Source: an uncultured Candidatus Bathyarchaeia archaeon (GTDB lineage Archaea > Thermoproteota > Bathyarchaeia > Bathyarchaeales > SOJC01). Taken from it: 32,000 nt of DNA. The stretch's first letter is position 1. Every line of letters begins with the position of its first letter. The stretch is taken from contig CAYGVX010000001.1 in NCBI GenBank assembly GCA_964353725.1, forward strand, positions 50,129 through 82,128. The letters run 5' to 3'. The translations under genes were made by a program, and so were the position numbers. The notes under the pieces are model-generated. The model was given only the letters and a program-made list of their open reading frames with translations, ran no database searches and was not told the DNA's origin. Positions 9,629 through 18,387 of the stretch are shown here, piece by piece.

Positions 9629-9979
9629 TTATTGTTCACTTACTTTGAAATAGTATCCTTCTTCTCTTTTGGACCCGAAGCTTCTGATGCCTTTCTTTTT
9701 GAGTTGTTGTCGCAGTTTTTTGGCGTAGTCGGGGGTTATTTCGCCGCGGCTTTGCATGTAGGTTATTATTTCTTCTGCTTGTTGTGGGTTGTCGCATCGA
9801 CGTAGGAAGTCGATTATATTGGGGTCGTAGTTGGAGAGGTTTTTCTGGTTAGTTGCAGTCTTTTCAGCGGTTTTTGTGTCTGTGCGTATGGAATCTATTG
9901 TCACCTTTTTCTCTTCGTCGTTCATTTCTCTTGCGAGGTTTGGGAACGTTTTTTTGAACTGGTCTTTGCCGACTTCCAT
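9629..9979 (-). CDS. Small conserved archaeal protein, DUF2095-like
   Basis: 116-aa ORF 'FKKTFPNLAREMN...DFLRRCDNPQQAEEIITYMQSRGEITPDYAKKLRQQLKKKGIRSFGSKREEGYY'. Confidence 0.7.
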   Translation of the reverse strand: MEVGKDQFKKTFPNLAREMNDEEKKVTIDSIRTDTKTAEKTATNQKNLSNYDPNIIDFLRRCDNPQQAEEIITYMQSRGEITPDYAKKLRQQLKKKGIRSFGSKREEGYYFKVSEQ

Positions 9980-10160
9980 TGGGTGGTGACTCTCGTTTCT
10001 TGGCTTGTGTTCTTCAATTTTTTATGAGTGTGAACGGATATTTAACTGCTATTGTGGATGTGTTCAGCAGGGAGACTACATCGTCTTGCGTATACTGCAA
10101 TAGACTGTAAATGAGCCTCAAGTATGGGGTGCTGCTGTTCTATGGGATGTTTTGGAGGTA

Positions 10161-10170
10161 AAGTTTATTA
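10161..10170 (+). promoter_or_regulatory. Candidate TATA box upstream of rpoB
   Basis: 'gaggtaaagtttattaga' A/T-rich element in the 9980-10347 intergenic region. Confidence 0.35.
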
Positions 10171-10347
10171 GAAACGTTTTTGTCTCTATGGCTAGCTCCA
10201 AAATGGACCATGAAAATAGCAAGGTCCGTCTTTTCGGTCGGATGACTCCGGCCTTGGTTGGAGGTATTTCCCAGTTTGAATGAAAGACGTTGCGGAAGGG
10301 TTACCTTTCGGTTCAAGTCGAGCGGCAGTTTTGTGGAGGCGGTTTAG

Positions 10348-13300
10348 GTGGTGGAGGTATCTCAGGACGAGCTTCTGCTTCTTCAGAAGGCATTCTTCAA
10401 GGAGAAAGGCCTTGTCAGGCAGCATTTGGATTCGTACAACGATTTCATAGACCATGGGTTGCAGGAAATAGTAGACGAGGTAGGCGCGATAGACATCGAG
10501 ATACCCGAGAGCCCCTACAAGATAAGACTTGGACAGGCTTGGGTAATTGACCCCCAGTCTAGGATAAGCGGTCCCTACTTGACTGAAGTTGACGGCACAA
10601 AACATGAGATTTTCCCTATCGAAGCACGGTTCCGCAGCCTCTCCTACGTTGCCCCCGTGGCTGTCGAGATGACCCCGATTATCGATGGAAGGGAGCAGGA
10701 CACCGAACTTGTCTTGATCGGTGACATCCCAGTCATGCTAAAATCGAAATTGTGTGTTCTTTCGCAACTGCAACCAGAGGAGTTGATACTCTACGGCGAA
10801 GACCCCGACGATTCAGGCGGGTATTTTGTCATAAACGGCTCGGAACGTGTAATCGTAGCCCTTGAAGACTTGGCACCGAATCGGGTGCTAGTAGACGTTG
10901 ACACTCGAGGGGCTCATCCCGTTTATCAAGCCAAGATTTTCTCCACGACAGTTGGCTTCAGGGCGAGGATAGAACTCCGTCTAAAACCGGACGGCTCTCT
11001 CTACGTGACAATTCCAGGTGTGCCATCTGAAATCCCCTTCATAATAGTCATGAGGGCTCTTGGAATCGAGTCTGACAGAGAGATCGCCGAGCTGGTGTCA
11101 CCTGAACAACCAATGCAAAACATGCTTGAGCTCTCGTTTGAGAAAGCGGCGGAAGTAGACATGGTCAAAGACGCCCTTGAATACATAGGTAACCGCGTAG
11201 CCCACGGGCAAGTGCTGGAATACCGTCTTCTAAGAGCTCAAAGCATCTTGGACAAGAACTTTATCCCACATTTAGACCGCACTCCCGACAAGCGCAAAGA
11301 CAAAGCAATCTTTCTCGGAGAAATGGCCTCTCGAGTGATAGAACTGAAACTTGGCAGAAGGTCAATAGACGACAAAGACCACTTCAAGAACAAGAGACTG
11401 AAACTCGCTGGACCGATGCTTGGAGACCTTTTCAGAGTCGCCTTCAGGAACTTGTGTAGAGATATTAAGTATCAGCTTGAGAGAATGGGTTTCAAGCGGC
11501 AGATGATCAGCGTTTCTGCTGCCGTGCGCCCAGGAATAGTCTCGGAAAGGCTTCAACATGCTCTGGCAACGGGAAATTGGGGCAGAGGAAGAGTCGGCAT
11601 AACACAGCTTCTAGACAGGACAAACCTTGTCTCAACCCTCAGTCACCTTCGCAGGCTCCAATCACCCTTAAGCCGAAGCCAGCCAAACTTTGAGGCTCGA
11701 GACCTGCATCCGACCCACTGGGGGCGTCTATGCCCCAACGAAACACCTGAAGGGTCGAATTGTGGTCTGGTGAAAAACCTTGCTCTCTCAGCATGCATTT
11801 CAGTAGCCGTGAGCGTCGACAAGGTCAGGCAAACAGTCTTCTCGCTGGGCATCGTCCCAGTACAAGACGGAAACCGAGAACTCCGCCTTTCCGGTGCGAA
11901 AGTTTTTATAAATGGCTCTTTGGTCGGCTATCACCCACAGCCTAGCGACCTTGTCTTCGAGCTAAGAGCCAAACGCAGAAGAAGCGAAATACCATCCGAA
12001 ATCAACGTTGCCCATTTCAAAGCCATGGGCGGAAGAGAAGAAGTCTACATTACCTGCGACGAGGGTCGAGTTAGACGACCCCTGGCAATAGTGGAAAACG
12101 GGGTCTGTAAGCTCCAGCTGGAGCACCTCGACAAGATTCGTTCAGGAGAATGGTCTTGGGAAGACTTGGTCAAGAACGGGATAATCGAGTACCTCGACGC
12201 CGAGGAAGAAGAAAACATCTATGTGGCTCTAAGCCTAGATAAGATAACGTCTAAACATACACACTCAGAGCTTTCAACCTACACCATGCTCGGTATATGT
12301 GCTTCTCTCATACCCTACCCCGAGCATAACCAGTCACCACGCAACTCTTACGAGGCAGCCATGGCTAAGCAAGCCCTCGGAGTCTACACTACAAACTACG
12401 CCTACCGAGCGGACTCTCGTTCCCACGTTCTGCATTATCCTCAATCTTCAATCGTTAGGACAAGACCCATGGAAGTCTTGGGCTATGACCAGAGACCTTC
12501 TGGACAAAACTGCTTGGTCGCGGTCATGTCCTTCGAAGGATACAACATGGAAGATGCGCTTATCTTCAATAAAGCAGCGGTAGAACGCGGTCTAGGGCGC
12601 TCAACCTTCTACAGAATATACGAAGCCGAGTGCCGCCAATACTTGGGGGGGTTGAAGGACAAGTTTGTGTCTCCAGAGGCGGGCATGAGAGGCTACAGGG
12701 GCGAGCAATACTACCGCTTGCTGGAACCTGACGGAATAGTAGGACTCGAAGCCGAAACAGTTGGTGGCGATGTCCTCATAGGAAGGATAAGCCCCCCAAG
12801 GTTCCTCGAAGAATACAAAGAGTTCGACGTTAAAGGACCATCCATGCGCGACACATCAGTGGACGTGAGACAGTCGGAAACAGGCATAGTCGATGCTGTT
12901 TTCATTACAGAGTCAAGGGAGGGAAGCAAACTAGTCAAGGTCAGGATGAGAGACCAACGCATCCCGGAGCTAGGCGATAAGTTCGCCTCGCGCCACGGAC
13001 AAAAAGGCGTCATAGGCATGATTGTACCGCAAGAGGACTTGCCTTTCACCGAGTCAGGCATAGTTCCCGACATAATAATCAACCCCCACGCTATGCCATC
13101 ACGCATGACCATAGGCCAGTTCTTGGAATCAATGGCAGGAAAAATGGCTGCGATTCGCGGCAAACCCGCCGACGGAACACCTTTCGTCAACGAGAAATCC
13201 AGCGAAATAAAACAAACCCTCATCAACAACGGCTTTAGCCACACTGGCAAGGAAGTCTTCTACAACGGCATAACAGGCGAGAAGTTCGTCGCAGACATCT

Positions 13301-13710
13301 TCATAGGCGTAGTCTACTACCAAAAGCTCCACCACATGGTATCTGACAAGGTTCACGCTAGGGCACGGGGGCAAGTGCAGATGCTGACCCGACAGCCCAC
13401 CGAGGGCAGAGCAAGAGGCGGTGGATTAAGGTTTGGCGAGATGGAAAGAGACTGCCTCATCGGGCACGGCGCAGCCATGCTTCTACGCGACCGGCTCTTA
13501 GAAGAATCAGACAAGTACCTCCTCTATGTCTGCGAAAACTGCGGTCATATGGCCTACTATGACATCAAGAGACGCACATACGTCTGCCGCACATGCGACG
13601 AAAACGCTCAGATATCCCCAGTAGTCGTCTCCTATGCCTTCAAACTGCTCCTACAAGAACTGATGAGCCTCTGCGTTACACCTCGCCTAAAACTGAAGGA
13701 GCGTGCCTAG
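10348..13710 (+). CDS. rpoB: DNA-directed RNA polymerase subunit B (unsplit)
   Basis: 1120 aa; 'GYFVINGSERVIVALEDLAPNRVLVD', 'LCPNETPEGSNCGLVKNLAL', 'GYNMEDALIFNKAAVERGLGRSTFYR', 'GDKFASRHGQKGVIGMIVPQEDLPFTESGIVPDIIINPHAMPSRMTIGQ', C-terminal zinc motif 'CENCGHMAYYDIKRRTYVCRTC'. Confidence 0.97.
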   Translation: MVEVSQDELLLLQKAFFKEKGLVRQHLDSYNDFIDHGLQEIVDEVGAIDIEIPESPYKIRLGQAWVIDPQSRISGPYLTEVDGTKHEIFPIEARFRSLSYVAPVAVEMTPIIDGREQDTELVLIGDIPVMLKSKLCVLSQLQPEELILYGEDPDDSGGYFVINGSERVIVALEDLAPNRVLVDVDTRGAHPVYQAKIFSTTVGFRARIELRLKPDGSLYVTIPGVPSEIPFIIVMRALGIESDREIAELVSPEQPMQNMLELSFEKAAEVDMVKDALEYIGNRVAHGQVLEYRLLRAQSILDKNFIPHLDRTPDKRKDKAIFLGEMASRVIELKLGRRSIDDKDHFKNKRLKLAGPMLGDLFRVAFRNLCRDIKYQLERMGFKRQMISVSAAVRPGIVSERLQHALATGNWGRGRVGITQLLDRTNLVSTLSHLRRLQSPLSRSQPNFEARDLHPTHWGRLCPNETPEGSNCGLVKNLALSACISVAVSVDKVRQTVFSLGIVPVQDGNRELRLSGAKVFINGSLVGYHPQPSDLVFELRAKRRRSEIPSEINVAHFKAMGGREEVYITCDEGRVRRPLAIVENGVCKLQLEHLDKIRSGEWSWEDLVKNGIIEYLDAEEEENIYVALSLDKITSKHTHSELSTYTMLGICASLIPYPEHNQSPRNSYEAAMAKQALGVYTTNYAYRADSRSHVLHYPQSSIVRTRPMEVLGYDQRPSGQNCLVAVMSFEGYNMEDALIFNKAAVERGLGRSTFYRIYEAECRQYLGGLKDKFVSPEAGMRGYRGEQYYRLLEPDGIVGLEAETVGGDVLIGRISPPRFLEEYKEFDVKGPSMRDTSVDVRQSETGIVDAVFITESREGSKLVKVRMRDQRIPELGDKFASRHGQKGVIGMIVPQEDLPFTESGIVPDIIINPHAMPSRMTIGQFLESMAGKMAAIRGKPADGTPFVNEKSSEIKQTLINNGFSHTGKEVFYNGITGEKFVADIFIGVVYYQKLHHMVSDKVHARARGQVQMLTRQPTEGRARGGGLRFGEMERDCLIGHGAAMLLRDRLLEESDKYLLYVCENCGHMAYYDIKRRTYVCRTCDENAQISPVVVSYAFKLLLQELMSLCVTPRLKLKERA

Positions 13711-13712
13711 AA

Positions 13713-16700
13713 ATGTCCGGCGAAGAAGTCGCCCACAAAATAATAGACGAACTCCGCTTCGGGCTCCTCTCACCCCAAGAGCTACGAAAACTCTCCATCG
13801 CAGAAATACAAACCGCAGATACATATGACGAAGACGGCGCCCCAATAACGTCAGGCCTTATGGACGGCAGACTGGGTACACTCGAACCTAGACAACGATG
13901 CAAAACATGCGGCAACACCGCCATCCGATGCCCAGGCCACTTCGGCCACATCGAACTCGCAGTTCCCACCTTCCACATCGAGTTCACAAAAATCATCCAC
14001 AACCTCCTAACCTCCACCTGCAGAAACTGCGGTCGCATACTGATAGAAGACGAACAAGCAGGAAAAATCAGAAGAAGAATCAACCGCGCCGGTGCACTCC
14101 TAGGGGAAGTCCCAGACACCATCTACAAGCGTGTCATGAAAGAGGCAAAAACAAAACAGTGTCCCCACTGTGGCACGCCCCAGTTTAAGATCGTCTTCGA
14201 GAAGCCAACACGCTTCCGCGAAGAAGTGGCCGAGGGCGGGTCGCCCCAGCTGACGCCGAGCATAGTCCGCGAGAGGCTCGAGAGGATACCTGACAGTGAC
14301 TTGGAGCTTTTCGGCTTCAACCCTAAAATCGCTAGACCCGAGTGGATGGTTCTCCAAGTCCTTCCAGTGCCCCCAGTCTACGTAAGACCATCCATCACTC
14401 TGGAGTCTGGGATACGTTCAGAGGATGATTTGACTCACAAGCTGGTGGACATCATCCGCATTAACCAGCGTTTGAAGGAGAACATGGAAGCTGGGGCGCC
14501 GACGCTCATCATCCAAGACCTGTCGGAGCTACTTCAGTACCATGTGACCACATACTTCAACAACGAAGCCTCGGGTATCCCGCCTGCGCGCCATCGTTCT
14601 GGAAGAGCGCTGAAGACGTTGTCTCAGCGTCTCAAGGGAAAGGAGGGACGTTTCAGGAGCAACCTCTCCGGGAAACGTGTAGATTTCTCTGCAAGGACGG
14701 TTATCTCTCCTGACCCAAACATAGACATCAGTGAAGTAGGTGTTCCTCTTGACGTTGCGATGAAACTCTCTATCCCAGAGAAGATCACGGATTGGAACCT
14801 TGCCGAGATGCGAGCCTTCGTTAAGAATGGTCCTGACAATTATCCGGGCGCCTTGTACGTGGTGAGGCAGGATGGCAAGCGTATTCGTTTGGAGTTCGTT
14901 GTCGACCGGGAGAAGGTTGCTGAGGCGATTGGGAAAGGCTTCGTCGTGGAGAGGCATCTCAAGAACGGGGACATCGCGATCTTCAACCGTCAACCTTCTC
15001 TTCACCGGATGTCAATCATGGCTCACTACGTCAAGGTTCTGCCATACAAGACTTTCCGTCTGCATCTCTGTGTCTGCCCGCCTTACAACGCAGACTTTGA
15101 CGGAGATGAGATGAACCTCCACGTGCCCCAGAGCGAGGAGGCTCAGACAGAGGCTCTCATACTGATGCAGGTTCAAGACCAGATACTCTCTCCAAGGTTC
15201 GGAGGACCTATAATCGGGGCTATTAGGGACTTCATCACGTCTTCATACCTCCTCACCAAGAAATCCACGATGTTAACGAAGGAGGAAGTGTGCAGGCTGT
15301 TAGACACCTCGGGCTACGACGGCGACCTGCCAGAGCCAGAAGTGAAAAAGCCAGAACCGAGATGGACGGGAAAGCAAATATTCAGCCTCTTCCTTCCAAA
15401 AGACTTCAACTACGCGTTGAAGGCCACGATATGCCAAAGCTGCGTGAAATGTGAGAAAGAGAACTGCCCTCATGACGCTTTCGTCGTTATCAAGGACGGC
15501 GTCTTGAAATCGGGCGTGATAGACAGGCGTTCGATAGGTGCGGAGCAGTCGGAGAGCGTTTTGCACCGCATAATCAAGGATTACAGCGCCAGACGAGGTC
15601 GAGAGTTTCTGAACAAGATCTGCCAGCTTCTGAAAACGTTCATGTCCATTCGCGGCTTCTCCTACTCCTTCAACGAGTTGGAGTTGTCGCCCAAAGCGCA
15701 AACCAGGATTGCCAAAACCTTGGAGAAATACGAGAACAACGTTCAGGAACTGATCGACTCTTACAGAAAAGGAACGCTCCAAAGACTTCCAGGCCAGTCC
15801 CTTCAAGACTCGTTTGAGATATATGTCATGAACGAGCTTGCGAAGGCGAGAGACGATTCTGGAAGGATTGCTGATGAAGATTTCACCCTCGAAAACTCGG
15901 GGATAATCATGACGAGAACCGGAGCGAGAGGATCCAGCCTGAATATCGGTCAGATGACCGCCTCGGTAGGGCAGCAGTCGGTTCGTGGAAAACGCATTAT
16001 GCGAGGCTATGTGCAGCGTGCGCTACCCCATTTTGAACCAGGCGACCCTTCACCAAAGGCTAGGGGCTTCGTGAACTCTTCTTACCAGTCTGGCTTAGAT
16101 GCCGTGGAATTCTTTTTCCACGCCATGGGAGGCCGTGAAGGTCTAGTGGACACGGCGGTGCGAACCCAACAGAGCGGTTACATGCAAAGAAGGCTCATCA
16201 ACGCTCTCGAACACCTGCGTGTTGAGTATGATGGCACAGTCCGCGACTCTATTGGCGATGTGATCCAATTCCACTTTGGAGAGGACGGAGTGGATCCTGC
16301 GAAGAGCGATCACGGCAAGGCGGTAAACGTCAGCAGACTCGTCGACCAGATCGGCATCAAGATGGGGGGCGGCAGAGCCGCATCCGAGAAGTACATCGAG
16401 GAGAAGCTGAAAGATGTGGAGAACAAGCTTACCCCGATATTGGTCGACGAGTTGAAACAGGCGCTGAGCAGGGCAAAGCTGAACAAAGAGGCCGTCGACC
16501 AAACCATAAATCTGACAGTGAAGCACTACAAAGGCGCCCTCGTAGAACCTGGTGAGGCGGTAGGCATTGTTGCGGCTCAGTCCATAGGCGAACCTGGCAC
16601 TCAGATGACCTTGCGCACTTTCCACTACGCTGGAGTACGAGAGCAAAACGTTACTCTGGGCTTGCCCCGACTTATTGAGATCGTGGATGCGAGAAGGATT

Positions 16701-17537
16701 CCCTCTACACCTATAATGACCATTTACCTTGACAAGAACTGCCAAAAGAGCAAGGAGAAAGCCACGGAGATTGCTCGCAACATGATATACACAACCGCTG
16801 AAGACATAGCGAAGGCGGTCTACGACGACCCCAAGAATGAGGAAATCGTGGTCGATTTCGACGACGCTTTGATGGATGGCAGAGGTATATCAGTAGACGA
16901 ACTCAAAGATGCTGTGCAGCTTCCAAGCTGCACCGTAAGAACGCGAGGTAAGAAGGTCTACCTGAAGCCCAAAAAGCCCGAAGACCGCAAGAAGATCATG
17001 GACAAAGTCGCTTCTTTGCACATTAAAGGAATGTCGGGCATCAAGCGTGTTCTGGTCGCTGAAGAGAAGGGCGAATGGGTCATTAGAACTGATGGGTCGA
17101 ACCTGTCGAAGGTTCTTGAAATGGCCGGCGTCGACCCAACTAGGACCACCACTAACCATATTCATGAGGTTGCGAAAACCTTGGGCGTCGAAGCAGCGCG
17201 CAACTCACTCATAAAGGAAGCCGTGGGCGTGCTGGAGGAGCAGGGACTGGACGTTGACATCAGGCATATAATGCTGGTCGCAGACATCATGACCAACACG
17301 GGCGAAGTGCAGCAGATCGGGCGTCACGGAATCAGCGGAACCAAATCAAGCGTTCTAGCACGTGCAGCCTTCGAAATCACCGTCCCAAACATCGTGGACG
17401 CGGCTATCAAAGGCAAGGCTGATCCATTGCGAGGTGTAACCGAAAACGTTATAGTGGGGCAATCCATACCCATTGGCACTGGACTCGTCAACCTGTTCAT
17501 GTCTGCGTCGACAGAAAAACAGGAGAAAAGCGAATGA
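13713..17537 (+). CDS. rpoA: DNA-directed RNA polymerase subunit A, A' and A'' in one uninterrupted ORF
   Basis: 'CPGHFGHIELAVPTFHIEF', active-site 'YNADFDGDEMNLHVPQS' (A'), then 'EPGEAVGIVAAQSIGEPGTQMTLRTFHYAGV' (A'') in the same frame. Track opens at 13593; ATG 13713 directly after the rpoB stop is the likely start. Confidence 0.95.
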   Translation: MSGEEVAHKIIDELRFGLLSPQELRKLSIAEIQTADTYDEDGAPITSGLMDGRLGTLEPRQRCKTCGNTAIRCPGHFGHIELAVPTFHIEFTKIIHNLLTSTCRNCGRILIEDEQAGKIRRRINRAGALLGEVPDTIYKRVMKEAKTKQCPHCGTPQFKIVFEKPTRFREEVAEGGSPQLTPSIVRERLERIPDSDLELFGFNPKIARPEWMVLQVLPVPPVYVRPSITLESGIRSEDDLTHKLVDIIRINQRLKENMEAGAPTLIIQDLSELLQYHVTTYFNNEASGIPPARHRSGRALKTLSQRLKGKEGRFRSNLSGKRVDFSARTVISPDPNIDISEVGVPLDVAMKLSIPEKITDWNLAEMRAFVKNGPDNYPGALYVVRQDGKRIRLEFVVDREKVAEAIGKGFVVERHLKNGDIAIFNRQPSLHRMSIMAHYVKVLPYKTFRLHLCVCPPYNADFDGDEMNLHVPQSEEAQTEALILMQVQDQILSPRFGGPIIGAIRDFITSSYLLTKKSTMLTKEEVCRLLDTSGYDGDLPEPEVKKPEPRWTGKQIFSLFLPKDFNYALKATICQSCVKCEKENCPHDAFVVIKDGVLKSGVIDRRSIGAEQSESVLHRIIKDYSARRGREFLNKICQLLKTFMSIRGFSYSFNELELSPKAQTRIAKTLEKYENNVQELIDSYRKGTLQRLPGQSLQDSFEIYVMNELAKARDDSGRIADEDFTLENSGIIMTRTGARGSSLNIGQMTASVGQQSVRGKRIMRGYVQRALPHFEPGDPSPKARGFVNSSYQSGLDAVEFFFHAMGGREGLVDTAVRTQQSGYMQRRLINALEHLRVEYDGTVRDSIGDVIQFHFGEDGVDPAKSDHGKAVNVSRLVDQIGIKMGGGRAASEKYIEEKLKDVENKLTPILVDELKQALSRAKLNKEAVDQTINLTVKHYKGALVEPGEAVGIVAAQSIGEPGTQMTLRTFHYAGVREQNVTLGLPRLIEIVDARRIPSTPIMTIYLDKNCQKSKEKATEIARNMIYTTAEDIAKAVYDDPKNEEIVVDFDDALMDGRGISVDELKDAVQLPSCTVRTRGKKVYLKPKKPEDRKKIMDKVASLHIKGMSGIKRVLVAEEKGEWVIRTDGSNLSKVLEMAGVDPTRTTTNHIHEVAKTLGVEAARNSLIKEAVGVLEEQGLDVDIRHIMLVADIMTNTGEVQQIGRHGISGTKSSVLARAAFEITVPNIVDAAIKGKADPLRGVTENVIVGQSIPIGTGLVNLFMSASTEKQEKSE

Positions 17538-17878
17538 TTGATGTGGACAAGGCTATCGCAACAGCGGTCAAGACTGGCAAGGTGGTTCTTGGAGCGAACG
17601 AAGCCCTTTGGAGCGCAAAAGCAGGCAAGGCACGCTTAATAGTATTAGCCTCCAACAGCCCACCTCAACTGCGCGAAGACATCGATTACTACGGCAAACT
17701 TTCACAAGTTCCTGTCGTGGCTTATAGAAGCAACAGCGTCGACCTAGGCATGGTCTGCGGAAAAAGGTTTGCAGTGACAGCCCTCACAGTGAAGGAACCT
17801 GGAGACTCCGACATACTGAAGCTGACTGAAACAGCCGAAACAACACCCGAGTCTGCTGAAGAGGAAGCTGAGGAGTAG
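17534..17878 (+). CDS. rpl30e: Ribosomal protein L30e
   Basis: 'VDKAIATAVKTGKVVLGANEALWSAKAGKARLIVLASNSPPQL'; ATGA overlap with rpoA; canonical synteny. Confidence 0.93.
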   Translation: MIDVDKAIATAVKTGKVVLGANEALWSAKAGKARLIVLASNSPPQLREDIDYYGKLSQVPVVAYRSNSVDLGMVCGKRFAVTALTVKEPGDSDILKLTETAETTPESAEEEAEE

Positions 17879-17882
17879 CGGA

Positions 17883-18320
17883 ATGGCAAGCGGAATAAAG
17901 CTGACAAGCAACGAAATGCGTTACATCGCCCTCTTCGAAAGCATCACTGGCGCAGCGGTAAAAGACTGCATCCTCGACGAGGAGTTGAGCCGCGCCATCT
18001 TCATCGTCAAAGAAGGCGACGTAGGCATGGCTATAGGCAAGGGTGGAAAGAACATTCACCTCTTAGAGAGAATGACGAACAAAAAGCACGAGATAATAGA
18101 GTACTCCGAAGACCCTGCCCAGTTCATCAAGAACGCCCTAAAACCTGCGCACGTGAGAGAGCTCAGGATAACCGAGCGACCTGACGGAAAAAACATCGCG
18201 GTAGTCATGGTTGACCCGAAAGATAAGGGTGTGGCTATCGGGAAGAACGGAAGAAACGCCGAACGAATTCGTTTTCTCGCAAAACGGTACTTCCAAATTC
18301 AAAACGTGTCGATAACCTAG
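17883..18320 (+). CDS. nusA: NusA-like transcription termination/antitermination protein (KH domains)
   Basis: 'GDVGMAIGKGGKNIHLLERMTNKKHEIIEYSEDPAQFIKNAL' and 'DPKDKGVAIGKNGRNAERIRFLAKRYFQI' KH motifs; follows L30e. Confidence 0.92.
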   Translation: MASGIKLTSNEMRYIALFESITGAAVKDCILDEELSRAIFIVKEGDVGMAIGKGGKNIHLLERMTNKKHEIIEYSEDPAQFIKNALKPAHVRELRITERPDGKNIAVVMVDPKDKGVAIGKNGRNAERIRFLAKRYFQIQNVSIT

Positions 18321-18387
18321 CTCCTGCAGCTAAATGCGAACAAAATGGAGAGGAGTTAACGCTCTAGGCTACAATCGAAACCATGTT

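Noticed and set aside
9246-9805. Plus-strand ORFs 9246..9599 and 9515..9805
   Set aside because: Antisense to the dockerin-like remnant and the DUF2095-like gene; Cys/Phe/Val-rich translations (e.g. runs of 'FFF','VVA') typical of antisense frames, no recognisable family.
10300-10325. 'ggttcaagtcg' resembling a tRNA T-loop
   Set aside because: No foldable acceptor/D/anticodon arms could be read upstream; likely chance.
10290-10550. Plus-strand ORF 10290..10550 overlapping the rpoB start
   Set aside because: Low-complexity Gly/Arg-rich alternate frame of rpoB; not rpoH.
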